Positions 54,524 through 64,000 of a stretch of 64,000 bases of DNA are shown here, piece after piece. The DNA comes from Chrysomallon squamiferum (lineage: Eukaryota; Animalia; Mollusca). A program made the translations under genes and the position numbers. The notes under the pieces are model-generated. The model saw only the letters and a list, made by a program, of their open reading frames with translations, searched no databases and had not been told where the DNA came from. Location: assembly GCA_012295275.1 (NCBI GenBank), contig CM022671.1:31620001-31684000 (forward strand), read 5' to 3'. Position 1 is the first letter of the stretch, and each line of letters begins with the position of its first letter.

Positions 54524-57500
54524 TTTGTTTCATCTCAACCCCTCATTTTTGTTTTAGCTCTGTAATTTGCTTCTCTAAGGGCTGGAATAAATGAAATGCT
54601 TAATATTTTTGACAACAAATAAAAAGTCTGGTCATAACAAAAACAAAAGAATTGATTTCTTCTTTAGGCTCACTGTGAATTCACGCCTACAAATGCATTC
54701 ACAACAATACAACAAAGAGTGACAGCAAACTTCAATTTTGATACATACTACAGCTACTATGTCAACGGTTTTGGCCATCCAGCTGTAGATTACTGGGCTG
54801 GACTTGAAGTAATGAACCATCTATCAATGGCAGGTAAAGTGCAATAGCACTGGTTACTGTAAACTTCCATTAATTAGGACATTAATTAGGTAGAGTCTGA
54901 TAAGGGATTGAAAAAAAAAAATATATATATATATATATATTTCTTTTAAAGAGTAAATAAAAACAAATATTATATTATATTAACTGAAATGAATTTCTTA
55001 AGCATTTGGCGAAAAGAAAAAAGAAGACGTGTGAGATAAATTTAAAGATTCAGCTGATTTCTATTCAGACACTTTGCTCTATTTCAGGGAATAGAGTTCT
55101 CGTAGTGACAATGCATGACTGGGCAGGCTATGTAGGAACAGCAACTTACAATATGTTCTACGTCCACACTGCATCTCAGAACTACATTCTAACTGTGGGA
55201 GCTTACCAGACCAGCAGCACAGTGGGGGATGACTTGTACATGAACAACGGCATGCCATTTGCCTCACAGGATCGACCAGACCGCCACAACTGTGCCACGA
55301 AACATCGCACAGGATGGTGGTACAACTACTGCACAGGAACCCTTCCCAATGGATACTACTATCTCAATGGGCATTATGTGCCTCGCTATGGGTACCCAGA
55401 CGGAATATTCTGGGACAAATGGCGAGGGGTCACTTACTCAATGAGGTATTTTCTCATGCAGGTTGGACATTAATGTACAACATTCTTAAAGACTCAAAAC
55501 CATGCTTCATTATTCCTTTAGCATATGCAAGTGTTTGATAAAACGCATTTATATACATTTGTATTTAAAATTTCTGTACTTTCAATGTACTTTTTGTTAT
55601 AAACATTCTGCTGCTTCTGGTGCTTTTTATGTACTTTATTAAATTTGTATGCATAGATCTATAATGTGTTTGTTTTCATGTTAATTTTTTTCTTCATAAA
55701 ATAAGTTTCTGTCTGTATCTACCACCTATATCTATATATATGGTAAAACCATTCTCTCCCTCAAAAGCAGATGTGAGTAATATGAAAATTTCAGTTCTTA
55801 CCTGTTGTATTTGGGCAGGAAATTCACTTAGATGCAGTTTGGCACATTCAACACAGAATCGTTTAGTAAAAAATAAACTGCATTCCTGTAAAAAAATTGA
55901 AAAATTACCTATATATATATATATAGAAATGTATGTGTCTGTCTGTCTGTGTGTGTGTGTGTGGGGTGGTATGAATGTTTATGGATAGCTGTAAGTTTCT
56001 AAGTATGTAACAAAATATATGGATCGATATGTATGACTGAATGATCTTTTAGCAATATTTATTACTATATTTATTACTATACTTGATCTGAAACATAATC
56101 CCAAAATTTAAATATTAATCTCAACAGTATTTAATTTATATAATTAATTTTTATAAAATAATATAAATATACTTACAGTAGAGAGACATACCGCTTTCTG
56201 ACAAAGTGTGCAGTGAGACCCCAAAATAATAATTCCACCTTCAGTACTAAAAGGATCCTTCATTATGTATGCATCTTCGAGTAAGCTGAAAAAAGAAAAG
56301 AGAAAAATGATGGATAACCATTTTACACATACAGACAAACACACATATATAGACACCTATCCAAACACATATACACAACAATCCACCCCATATATATATA
56401 TATAATGATATATGTACATATGTATTTGTTTACAGACAAAAGCTGCATGTTTTAGCTATCCATGGGACTTCACAAATGTGGTCATTAAAGACAGGTGGCC
56501 ATTATATTAATATGGTTTAATATTATTTTTAGCCTACATTACAACCATCACTGAGAAGTAAAAATACCTTTAATAAAAAAAAAAACTTAGTCAATATTAG
56601 AACTGACACCAAAACAACTGGAGTGCGTCAACTGAGATCCAACTGAATTATGTCACTGATGCATTGTAACATTATCTCAGAAAAGTATTTTTGTTTCTCA
56701 GTTACTGTCATTAAATCTTAAAGGAATCAGAAAACTCTGAAATGCTGTGACCGTTATAGCAGGTTCAGTCAACAGTTTCCCATGAAAAATACTGGTCACT
56801 GTGTAAGTCATTTAAAGAAGGTAATATTTTTTTGGGGGGATTTATGGTGACTATTAGACCAGTTTCAACAATACATATATGTACTATATATATATATATA
56901 TATATACAAACACATACGAAATAATAATACATAAATGTAAAACTCAATACTGCAATTGCATTCATACACTTTACAGTTAATTACTTATGATCTTATCTCT
57001 CTAATAATTTACTTTTTTGTGCTTCTTCACCTTCACTTGCTTCAGTGTTAATTACTATTATGTAGCTACTGCTTAAATAATCTAACTACATAGATTTAGA
57101 TCTAAAACAATTTCCAGTAAGAATTACGTTCTTCTGACCATGCACTAACAATAAGCGTATGAGGGGCGATTTTGATCTATCTTAATCTTCTGTTTACATA
57201 ATCAACTAACAGGTTTGGGGGGTTTTTTTATTTTTATTTTTATTTATTTTATTTTTTTTTTTTTAAACCATTTACTCCTATCATCCAAAGGTTATAAACT
57301 GTTTATTTAATATAGATTTGGTAAAATATCTGGAATGACCCAAAGTACGCTTGTTTCTTCAAACTCGGCGCCAAATTCGTGAAAATTACTGAAATGTCAA
57401 ATTGCGCATAGCCTAGGTAGTAGGTTTATTCACGTAATTAATGAGGTTAATTCTTTAACAACATTACTTAACAACTCACACAAGTGACTTTGCAAAAGGA

Positions 57501-57586
57501 GGCTTCGAGCCACAATAATTATAAAAAGCATCAAAGTTACAAACACTACATTTAAACTGTTTTTCGCTTTTGTCATCAGATGTCAT
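46069..57586 (-). CDS. CDPF1: Cysteine-rich DPF motif domain-containing protein 1, 109 aa; complement join(57480..57586,56177..56285,55802..55885,46069..46098)
   Basis: MTSDDKSEKQFKCSVCNFDAFYNYCGSKPPFAKSLVLLEDAYIMKDPFSTEGGIIILGSHCTLCQKAVCLSTECSLFFTKRFCVECAKLHLSEFPAQIQQELVRKNSKK*. Matches CDPF1 motifs (CxxC, GxKPP, LLExxYxMKDPF, LGSxCxLC, ECSLFxxKRFCxxC, FP). Exons 1-3 are firm; the last exon is less certain. Confidence 0.88.
48659..51018. repeat. Head-to-tail tandem duplication, units ~48659-49960 and ~49963-51018
   Basis: Colinear near-identical blocks, e.g. ttacttggcatttacattaaaatatt, gcctaacaaaat, aataatgtccaaattc, gggaagcaactctcac, aaacagtacatctaaga. Confidence 0.9.
52681..52861 (+). CDS. 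FReD protein exon 1 (signal peptide and linker)
   Basis: aaaATG; hydrophobic N-terminus; AAG|GTACAG donor, phase 1. Confidence 0.8.
52681..55473 (+). CDS. Secreted fibrinogen C-terminal domain (FReD) protein, ficolin/tachylectin-5/MFAP4-like, 270 aa; join(52681..52861,54024..54103,54668..54833,55088..55473)
   Basis: Signal-peptide-like MFVFYLLVIVCAKA, then DCFHLKKSGYNISGIYQL, AHCEF, TTIQQR, YVNGFG, DYWAGLEVMNHLS, GDDLYMNNGMPF, NCA...GWWYNYC, DGIFWDKWRG...YS. Phases 1,0,1 are consistent; 813 nt. Confidence 0.92.
54024..54103 (+). CDS. FReD protein exon 2
   Basis: tttttag acceptor; (D)CFHLKKSGYNISGIYQL; CAA|GTAAGT donor. Confidence 0.9.
54668..54833 (+). CDS. FReD protein exon 3
   Basis: tctttag acceptor; IQQR, NGFG, YWAGLE; CAG|GTAAAG donor. 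Confidence 0.92.
55088..55473 (+). CDS. FReD protein exon 4
   Basis: tttcag acceptor; GWWYNYC, GIFWDKWRG; TAA stop; ATTAAA at 55638 downstream. Confidence 0.93.
55802..55885 (-). CDS. CDPF1: CDPF1 exon 3
   Basis: tttttttacag acceptor; CAG|GTAAGA donor; ECSLFFTKRFCVEC...FPAQIQQ. Confidence 0.95.
56177..56285 (-). CDS. CDPF1: CDPF1 exon 2 (DPF motif)
   Basis: ttttttcag acceptor; ACT|GTAAGT donor; LLEDAYIMKDPF. Confidence 0.95.
57480..57586 (-). CDS. CDPF1: CDPF1 coding exon 1
   Basis: ataATGA start; GT|GTGAGT donor; FKCSVC...GSKPP. Confidence 0.92.
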
Positions 57587-57589
57587 TAT

Positions 57590-57950
57590 AAAAGCAGAAG
57601 AAATACACTGGTCTTTATAAAGTAGTTCATAAAAACGGTGCTGTAACCCACAATCGAAACGCACTTGAGGCCAACATTATAATCGTGCACGCGAAGAATC
57701 TATTTGCTATAAACTTAAGTTTCTCCTATGATCTGAAAAATACAGCTGTCCTTGCGATTGCGTCACGTCTCCAGCTTAAAGATGTAAAATGGTGACATTC
57801 AAATGTTTTGAATAAGGTTATTTTACTGTCATATTATTTCATTTTTATGAATGATGATAGATCGTCCGAAATTTTTTTTATTGCTCTGTTTATTCGTACG
57901 ACCACAGGTATACTTTAAATATTAGGAAATATGGTTAGCGGCCATTTTTT
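57590..57950 (-). promoter_or_regulatory. CpG-rich CDPF1 promoter region
   Basis: Local CpG enrichment; YY1-type GCGGCCATTTT at 57938-57948; TGCGTCACGT CRE-like element near 57759; lies between the MEST poly(A) signal and the CDPF1 ATG. Confidence 0.45.
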
Positions 57951-58247
57951 TAAAAGTTTTGTTATCATTTTTATTTTATTTTATTTATATTATATTACAT
58001 TATATTATATAGTATCTATCGTATTGTATAGTATTGTATCACATCAGATTTTTCGCACGATCCATTTCCATTATAAAATCGTTTAGTTTATTTCCCTGTT
58101 TTAGCTGAAGGAGAGGTAAATCTGTATCTCATATAAATAAAGTTCGCAACTCAATACATAATGGATTTAGAATAAAATATTTTATTCAGTTAATTTATTT
58201 ATTTAATTATGTATTCATAATAATTTTCATTTCACAGGTTTGGTTTT

Positions 58248-58389
58248 TCAAGTTTTTGCCTTGAAAGAAGTTTTTCTCTGAGATATAAAATTTCTGTAGT
58301 GTTTAACAACGGCTTTTGGAGCCTCCCACTGGGGATAATGTCCAATGTCGTCTTCCAAAACAATAATACCATGTTGCTGACATGTCCTC
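58248..58389 (-). CDS. MEST: MEST coding exon 11 (stop)
   Basis: [27 protein letters not shown]...KT*; minus-strand AATAAA at 58181-58186. Confidence 0.94.
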
Positions 58390-58394
58390 CTGCA

Positions 58395-58441
<47 letters not shown>

Positions 58442-58648
58442 TAACAAATAATAATCTTAATAATAATAGCAACAACAATATTAATAATAAAATAATAGTG
58501 ATGATGATAAAATAATATTAATAATAATGAAATAATAATGATAATGATAAAATAACATTAATAATAATAATGATAACAACAATAATAACAAATCAAAAAA
58601 TGTTTTTGAAATTTATTTATTTAGGTAGTTAATTTGTTAGTTATTATT

Positions 58649-58683
<35 letters not shown>

Positions 58684-60278
58684 TTCATTCATTCATTCAT
58701 TCATTTTATTATCTTCAGCCTACTATACATTTTTGAAACACAGTATATTATAGTAACACTGTATTTACCTGAAATGATCTGGAAAAGGAGGTGGATTAAT
58801 TGGATCTGCTGGGCCGTATATCATCAAAACTGAAAAGATATAAATAAAAAAAAGTGGAGAAAATGTTCAGTATTCTAGTTACCACGTGCTCAGATCTCAA
58901 ATTTCTCAAATTCCTTCTTGTTTTTTTACCAATAAAAACAGAATGCAAAGTCACTGTGGGTGAAAAAAAAAGAAGATTTTTATGCAAGTATAATTATTTC
59001 AAGTATCTAAGTGATGACTGTTTCTTCTTTTGCTTTTTCTTCATCATATTATTATTGTTGTTGTTGTTGTTGTTATTACTGTCACTGTTACAGTTCTTGT
59101 TTTTATTATCATTATTGTTGTTATTGTTATTGCTATTATTGTTCTTGTTGTTGTTATTATTGTTCTTATTCTTGGTCTTGCTGCTGTTGTAGTTGCAATT
59201 GTTGCTGCTGCTGCTGTTGCAAGTAATTATGGTGTTTACCTGGAACTGTTGATCTTTTGAGTGCGCCAACCCAGCGATCTTCATTTTCTGATCTTTCTTG
59301 CATGTAACGAAAAAGCCTGGAAATAAAATAATTATTAAATATTTTAAGAATGAAGATAAATAATTTTATGATATATTTCTTAAATACAACATAAAATTCT
59401 CGAAATAAACAAATTTCTTTATACTTTCTGCCCAGTTCTTGAACAAAAGTAATATGACCTGACCATTCTGTATGATAAATTATTGTCATATACTTGGTAC
59501 AGTATTGCAATAAAATATTCTGAGGTACAAACAAACAAAAAGAGAAAAGCTAATAAAAAGGAAAACATTTCTTCTTCTTCTTCTTCTAATAATAATAATA
59601 ATAATATTACGATTATTATTATTATTATTGTTTTGTTGTTATTGTTGTTGTTACTTTTGCATACACATACATGCATATATTTATTTTATTTATTTATATA
59701 TTTTTATTATTTTATTTTATTTTAAATATATATTATTTTAAAATTTATTTATTTAAATTAGGTTCAAAAAATATACTCAGGCAACACAGTATGTCCATTC
59801 CTGTAGGTCAGGACTGCATAGAAGTCTTGCATTTCTTCATAAGATGGTTTATTTTCACCGAATATTTCGGCAAATCTAGAAAGTTAAAACATTTCTTGTA
59901 ACATATTCATAATTCATAGACACAGAATTAGAAGTTTTAATTATAGATATAAAAATCATTATAATTATATAATAATAATATTGCACCAACAACTATAGTG
60001 ACACAGAACAGATAATGATATTAAAAGGAACTAATAACACCACATCAGAACAACAACAACAATAACAATAACAATAATAATAATAACAACAGCATCAACA
60101 ACAACAACAACAACAGCAGTAATAGTAATAATAAATACATACGTATGTTTGAATATGTGGAAAAACGTAAGACGTGCGACAATAGAACCAATCACTGGAA
60201 TCAGTAGAACCTGTAAATAAATAAATAAAGGTATGGATGCATGGATGGATGGATAGATAGACAGATAGATAAAAATAC

Positions 60279-60365
<87 letters not shown>

Positions 60366-61173
60366 TTATTTAAATACAGTGATCCGTGTCATTACAAATA
60401 ATCACCTTTTGGATTAGACGTGGGTGATATCTGCCAGGAAATAGACCTGCAACATAAATAAAAGATGCTGATAAAATTAAGTAGTTTGAACATCTATATA
60501 TCTGATTTTAATCCACTGGTATGTGACTTGATTTCAAAACTATATAAATAAAATAGAACAAAGCATAGCAAAGGAAAACAAAAGAAAACTAAACTAAACT
60601 AAAATTCTGTTTCATTACATAAGTCGAACAACTGTAAACTGAAAGTAGATACAGCATTTCAGAATAAAGGTTCACTAACACAGGAATGGGGAAAAATTAC
60701 GAAAGAAATTACTTTCATTGTGTGAAGAAGAAAAAAGTAAAAAAAAAAAAAAAAAATGTATTTATATTAATTCATTGTTTTTGTTTAATGACACCCAGCA
60801 TAAAAATAAAACTGGCTGTTGAGTGTCATTCAAAACCAAATAAAATATTTATTTTAGTAAAACAATGACAACAACAACAACAAAAGGTGTCCGCGGGATG
60901 GACTTTCTCCTGCCCAAGATACGTAACAGTATGTGTATATATATATATATATATAAGCATGTTTATCCTTCTCTCACCTCCATTAAGCAAACACAAAGTC
61001 TCAATTTGAATGTCACTGCTATTCTTTTTCTTGTTGTACCTGAAACACAAGACTGACATTTATTTTGAATACATTTGAAATATTAAACTAAAGCTATAAA
61101 AATGCTGTTTATAAGCAACGGACAAAACATTCCAGCTCTTAATTAATTAATTATTTATTTATTTATTTATTTA

Positions 61174-61221
<48 letters not shown>

Positions 61222-61469
61222 TTTAGTAATTTATTTATTTTCTTTATGCGTGTAGACTACATTTTGTATTTTTACATATATTTATTTACTTATTTATAAA
61301 AACGTGTAGCTCAGTAACATAAGTGAACATTCACCTGGATAACAATTCCAGTGCAACGGTGTCACCGTAGTCATGTGACAGGATATGAGCGTTTGAAATC
61401 TGCAGATGTCTAGCTAAGTCTTCAACTATATCAGCTTGTTCAAAAACTGAGTATATATACGGGGTCTGA

Positions 61470-61501
<32 letters not shown>

Positions 61502-61672
61502 GGATCTTAAAATTCAACAGTGGTTGTCAGTTTTAACACGTAATAAATAAATATAAAATAAATAAACATACAATAAATAAATAATGGCATTAATAATAAT
61601 AATAAAAAAAACTACAGCCAAATAAACCAATAGCAGCAACTAATAATAATAGTAGTAGTAGTAGTAGTAGTA

Positions 61673-61720
<48 letters not shown>

Positions 61721-62294
61721 GTAGTAGTAATAATAATAAAAAGAAGAAGAAACTCACAGTTTTAAATTAAATATATAAATAAATTTTGTTTACAAGAATA
61801 TTGATCCAACTCTGGTATTTCATTAAGAGTTTAAATGTTTTAAACAGGAGTTACACCAATAAGGTATTATTATCAATGTTATTATTAATTATTATTATTA
61901 TTATTATTATTATTCATTATCATCATCATCATCATCATTAATTGATAATATTAGTTTTCAGAAATAAATGGAGTAGAATCCAGATGAGTAATTACTAAAA
62001 AGTCAAAATAGACTTAAACTGTATTTAAATCCATAGCAATGTGAGTTAAAGCCACCAGTTATTTAATAAACCCACCGGTTTTTCGCTGAATCCCAATCCA
62101 AGAAAGTCAAGAAGTATAACTCTGGAAAACTGTTCCTTAAGTTCAGGTAGTATCTAAAATGAGGACGAAGAAGAAGAAAGATAAAATAAACAAATTCAAA
62201 TAGATTTCTTTCATTTGTAAATAAAATTAAATTAACTTTCTGAATTAATTATTATTATTTCTTAAATTTAACCTGATGAATTTTGATTCAGATG

Positions 62295-62342
<48 letters not shown>

Positions 62343-63111
62343 GCTGTTGTTGTTATTGTTTTAATACGAACTAAAAGTCATCTCATCCAAAAATATAAAA
62401 AGAAATCAGATCTCTTATGAAACTTTTAAAATCTTAATTTAAAGCATTTAAAAATTTAAAATAAATATTTACGTGTTATTTTTTTTTTTTTTTTTTAATG
62501 TATTTATTTATTTTCGCTGATTAATTCTTCCGGAACAATACTTTGAACCAAACCTTAGTCCAGTCATGGCTGTTGGATGGAACTCCATGCAGACAAATAA
62601 CCGTTCCTGATTTGCCCGTCCCCTCTTCGTCTGTTTAAATTAAAATATAGTTGTAGAAAATATTTTCCAAATTTAACCAGACGAAAAATAAAATTAAAGA
62701 CCAGAATAAATCCATTTATTTTTATTATTATTATTTAAAATTATTAACATTATTAATTATTTATGGATAATTATGTTTATTTATTTTATTTTTTTTTTAT
62801 TATTATTATTATTATTACTATTTTATCTTCTTGTTGTTGTTGTTTAGGAGAAAAGGTACAGTACAGACTCAGGTACAATATGCGGTTGGGTTTCTTTATT
62901 ATACGGTTTTAACATCCCACTAATGTTTACTTTATTAATTAATAAATTCAAAAGATGTGTTACCAATGTAAAATATATCCATTTCAATATATCGCATTAT
63001 TTTTCCTTTCTGTTGCCATGCCAACAGTCTTTTAGAGAAATCTGGAGGTGGAAAGTAGATGAGAACCGCAAGAAACAGGAACAGAAATCCTACCACATAT
63101 GATGCAGCCAT
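58248..63111 (-). CDS. MEST: Mesoderm-specific transcript homolog (epoxide-hydrolase-like alpha/beta hydrolase), 327 aa; complement join(62964..63111,62554..62630,62076..62153,61335..61465,60978..61039,60406..60446,60143..60210,59777..59875,59240..59316,58769..58829,58248..58389)
   Basis: N-terminal hydrophobic anchor plus [47 protein letters not shown] (nucleophile Asp), [26 protein letters not shown] (acid), IGHYPQWE (His). Eleven GT-AG exons with consistent phases; 984 nt. Confidence 0.96.
58769..58829 (-). CDS. MEST: MEST coding exon 10
   Basis: [19 protein letters not shown]. Confidence 0.94.
59240..59316 (-). CDS. MEST: MEST coding exon 9
   Basis: [25 protein letters not shown]. Confidence 0.94.
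59777..59875 (-). CDS. MEST: MEST coding exon 8
   Basis: [32 protein letters not shown]; weak GA|GTATAT donor. Confidence 0.88.
60143..60210 (-). CDS. MEST: MEST coding exon 7
   Basis: [22 protein letters not shown]. Confidence 0.9.
60283..60363. repeat. (GA)n microsatellite in a MEST intron
   Basis: Direct reading. Confidence 0.9.
60406..60446 (-). CDS. MEST: MEST coding exon 6
   Basis: [14 protein letters not shown]. Confidence 0.93.
60978..61039 (-). CDS. MEST: MEST coding exon 5
   Basis: [20 protein letters not shown]. Confidence 0.93.
61335..61465 (-). CDS. MEST: MEST coding exon 4
   Basis: [11 protein letters not shown]...[16 protein letters not shown]. Confidence 0.95.
62076..62153 (-). 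CDS. MEST: MEST coding exon 3
   Basis: [18 protein letters not shown]. Confidence 0.94.
62554..62630 (-). CDS. MEST: MEST coding exon 2
   Basis: [16 protein letters not shown]. Confidence 0.93.
62964..63111 (-). CDS. MEST: MEST coding exon 1
   Basis: [36 protein letters not shown]...IFYI; exon begins at 63118 after tttcag. Confidence 0.9.
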
Positions 63112-63274
63112 TTTCCATCTGAAACGTTTAATATTTTAATTTTAAACTTAGTTTATTGGTATCTTGCTTATTTTATATCAATGATGAGTGCCGAATCTTT
63201 GTGTGTGTGTGTGAGAGATATATAAATTTATTAATTCATTTGTTATAGTTTTCTAAAGACATTTAATTAGCAAA

Positions 63275-63612
63275 TAATACCCTATCACTTTTGTTTCCTT
63301 TTCCTTCTCCAATTTTATAACGAAAACAAAATGTCTACAAAGACTAAGTCAACATAAATCATAAAACTTTAAAAACAACAACCAAAAAACCCCACCTAAT
63401 GACTGATGATTGCCAAATTTTATTCACTATTATTATTTTTTTTGTTTGTTTGTTTGTTTCATCTATAAATTTATTATTCTGTTTGTTCTCGTTTCAAAAC
63501 ATAATTAGTATATAATACCCGATTACTTTACTTCTTGCCTATCTATTTTTCTCAAGGTTAATAACGAAAACAAATTAATTTAAAAGACTAAGTCGCCATA
63601 AATTACAAAACT
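63275..63612. repeat. Two diverged ~100-bp direct repeats in the MEST 5' intron
   Basis: taacgaaaacaaa...aagactaagtc..cataaat..aaaact at ~63318 and ~63562. Confidence 0.7.
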
Positions 63613-63849
63613 AATATCCGCATTCCGAAGACTAAAGTGAATTTTTATAATGGACCTTTGGCCTTTAATATTACATTTAACAGCGGTTGACACTTTCTAT
63701 TAATTATTACATATAAGATGTGTTATTCATTAGAACTAACAAACTAATAGATACTGCGATGCTTTAATACAGTTAGTTTCACAAGTCAACGAAATAATTT
63801 TCCGCATTCTCTATAGAAATCGAGAAACTATGGTAACAATAGTACTTAC

Positions 63850-63889
63850 CTTATCAGCAGGAAATAAGGGAGATAAATCGTATAATACT
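63850..63889 (-). other. MEST: Probable MEST 5'UTR exon
   Basis: Consensus donor AAG|GTAAGT at 63849 and a possible ttttcag acceptor at 63890; no ATG inside; 5' boundary uncertain. Confidence 0.5.
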
Positions 63890-64000
63890 CTGAAAATACC
63901 CGATAAGATTGTGTTGAATATTAAAACAAATCTTTTTTGTTGTTGTTATTTCTTTTTAAATACGTATTAGAGTTTCACAGTAAATTTGTGCAATATGTGC

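Noticed and set aside
58854-59725. Poly-L/N/C/V ORFs
   Set aside because: Trinucleotide microsatellites in MEST introns; only 59240-59316 is a real exon
59767-59776. Unusual MEST donor GTATAT considered as a U12 intron
   Set aside because: Lacks the GTATCCTT consensus; treated as a weak U2 donor

Overview
AT-rich, microsatellite-rich eukaryotic genomic DNA, most likely a mollusc (degenerate SINE copies resemble a gastropod tRNA-derived family recalled from memory, not searched). Most ORF-track entries are low-complexity artefacts, so genes were rebuilt by hand from GT-AG exons with consistent phases. Four spliced genes: (1) RYBP/YAF2 orthologue, + strand, 4 coding exons, 7795-18350, 173 aa; (2) CDPF1, - strand, 57586-46069, 109 aa; (3) a secreted single-domain fibrinogen-related protein, + strand, 52681-55473, 270 aa, apparently nested antisense in CDPF1 intron 3; (4) MEST alpha/beta-hydrolase, - strand, 11 coding exons, 63111-58248, 327 aa. 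About 23.4-45.6 kb has no recognisable coding exon but shows splice, poly(A) and CpG signals suggesting a spliced minus-strand non-coding transcript converging on RYBP/YAF2. Other points: a 1.1-1.3 kb tandem duplication, an overlapping uORF at the MEST start, an HGVP oxyanion variant and an extended miR-29 site. No new multi-gene system is demonstrable from sequence alone.
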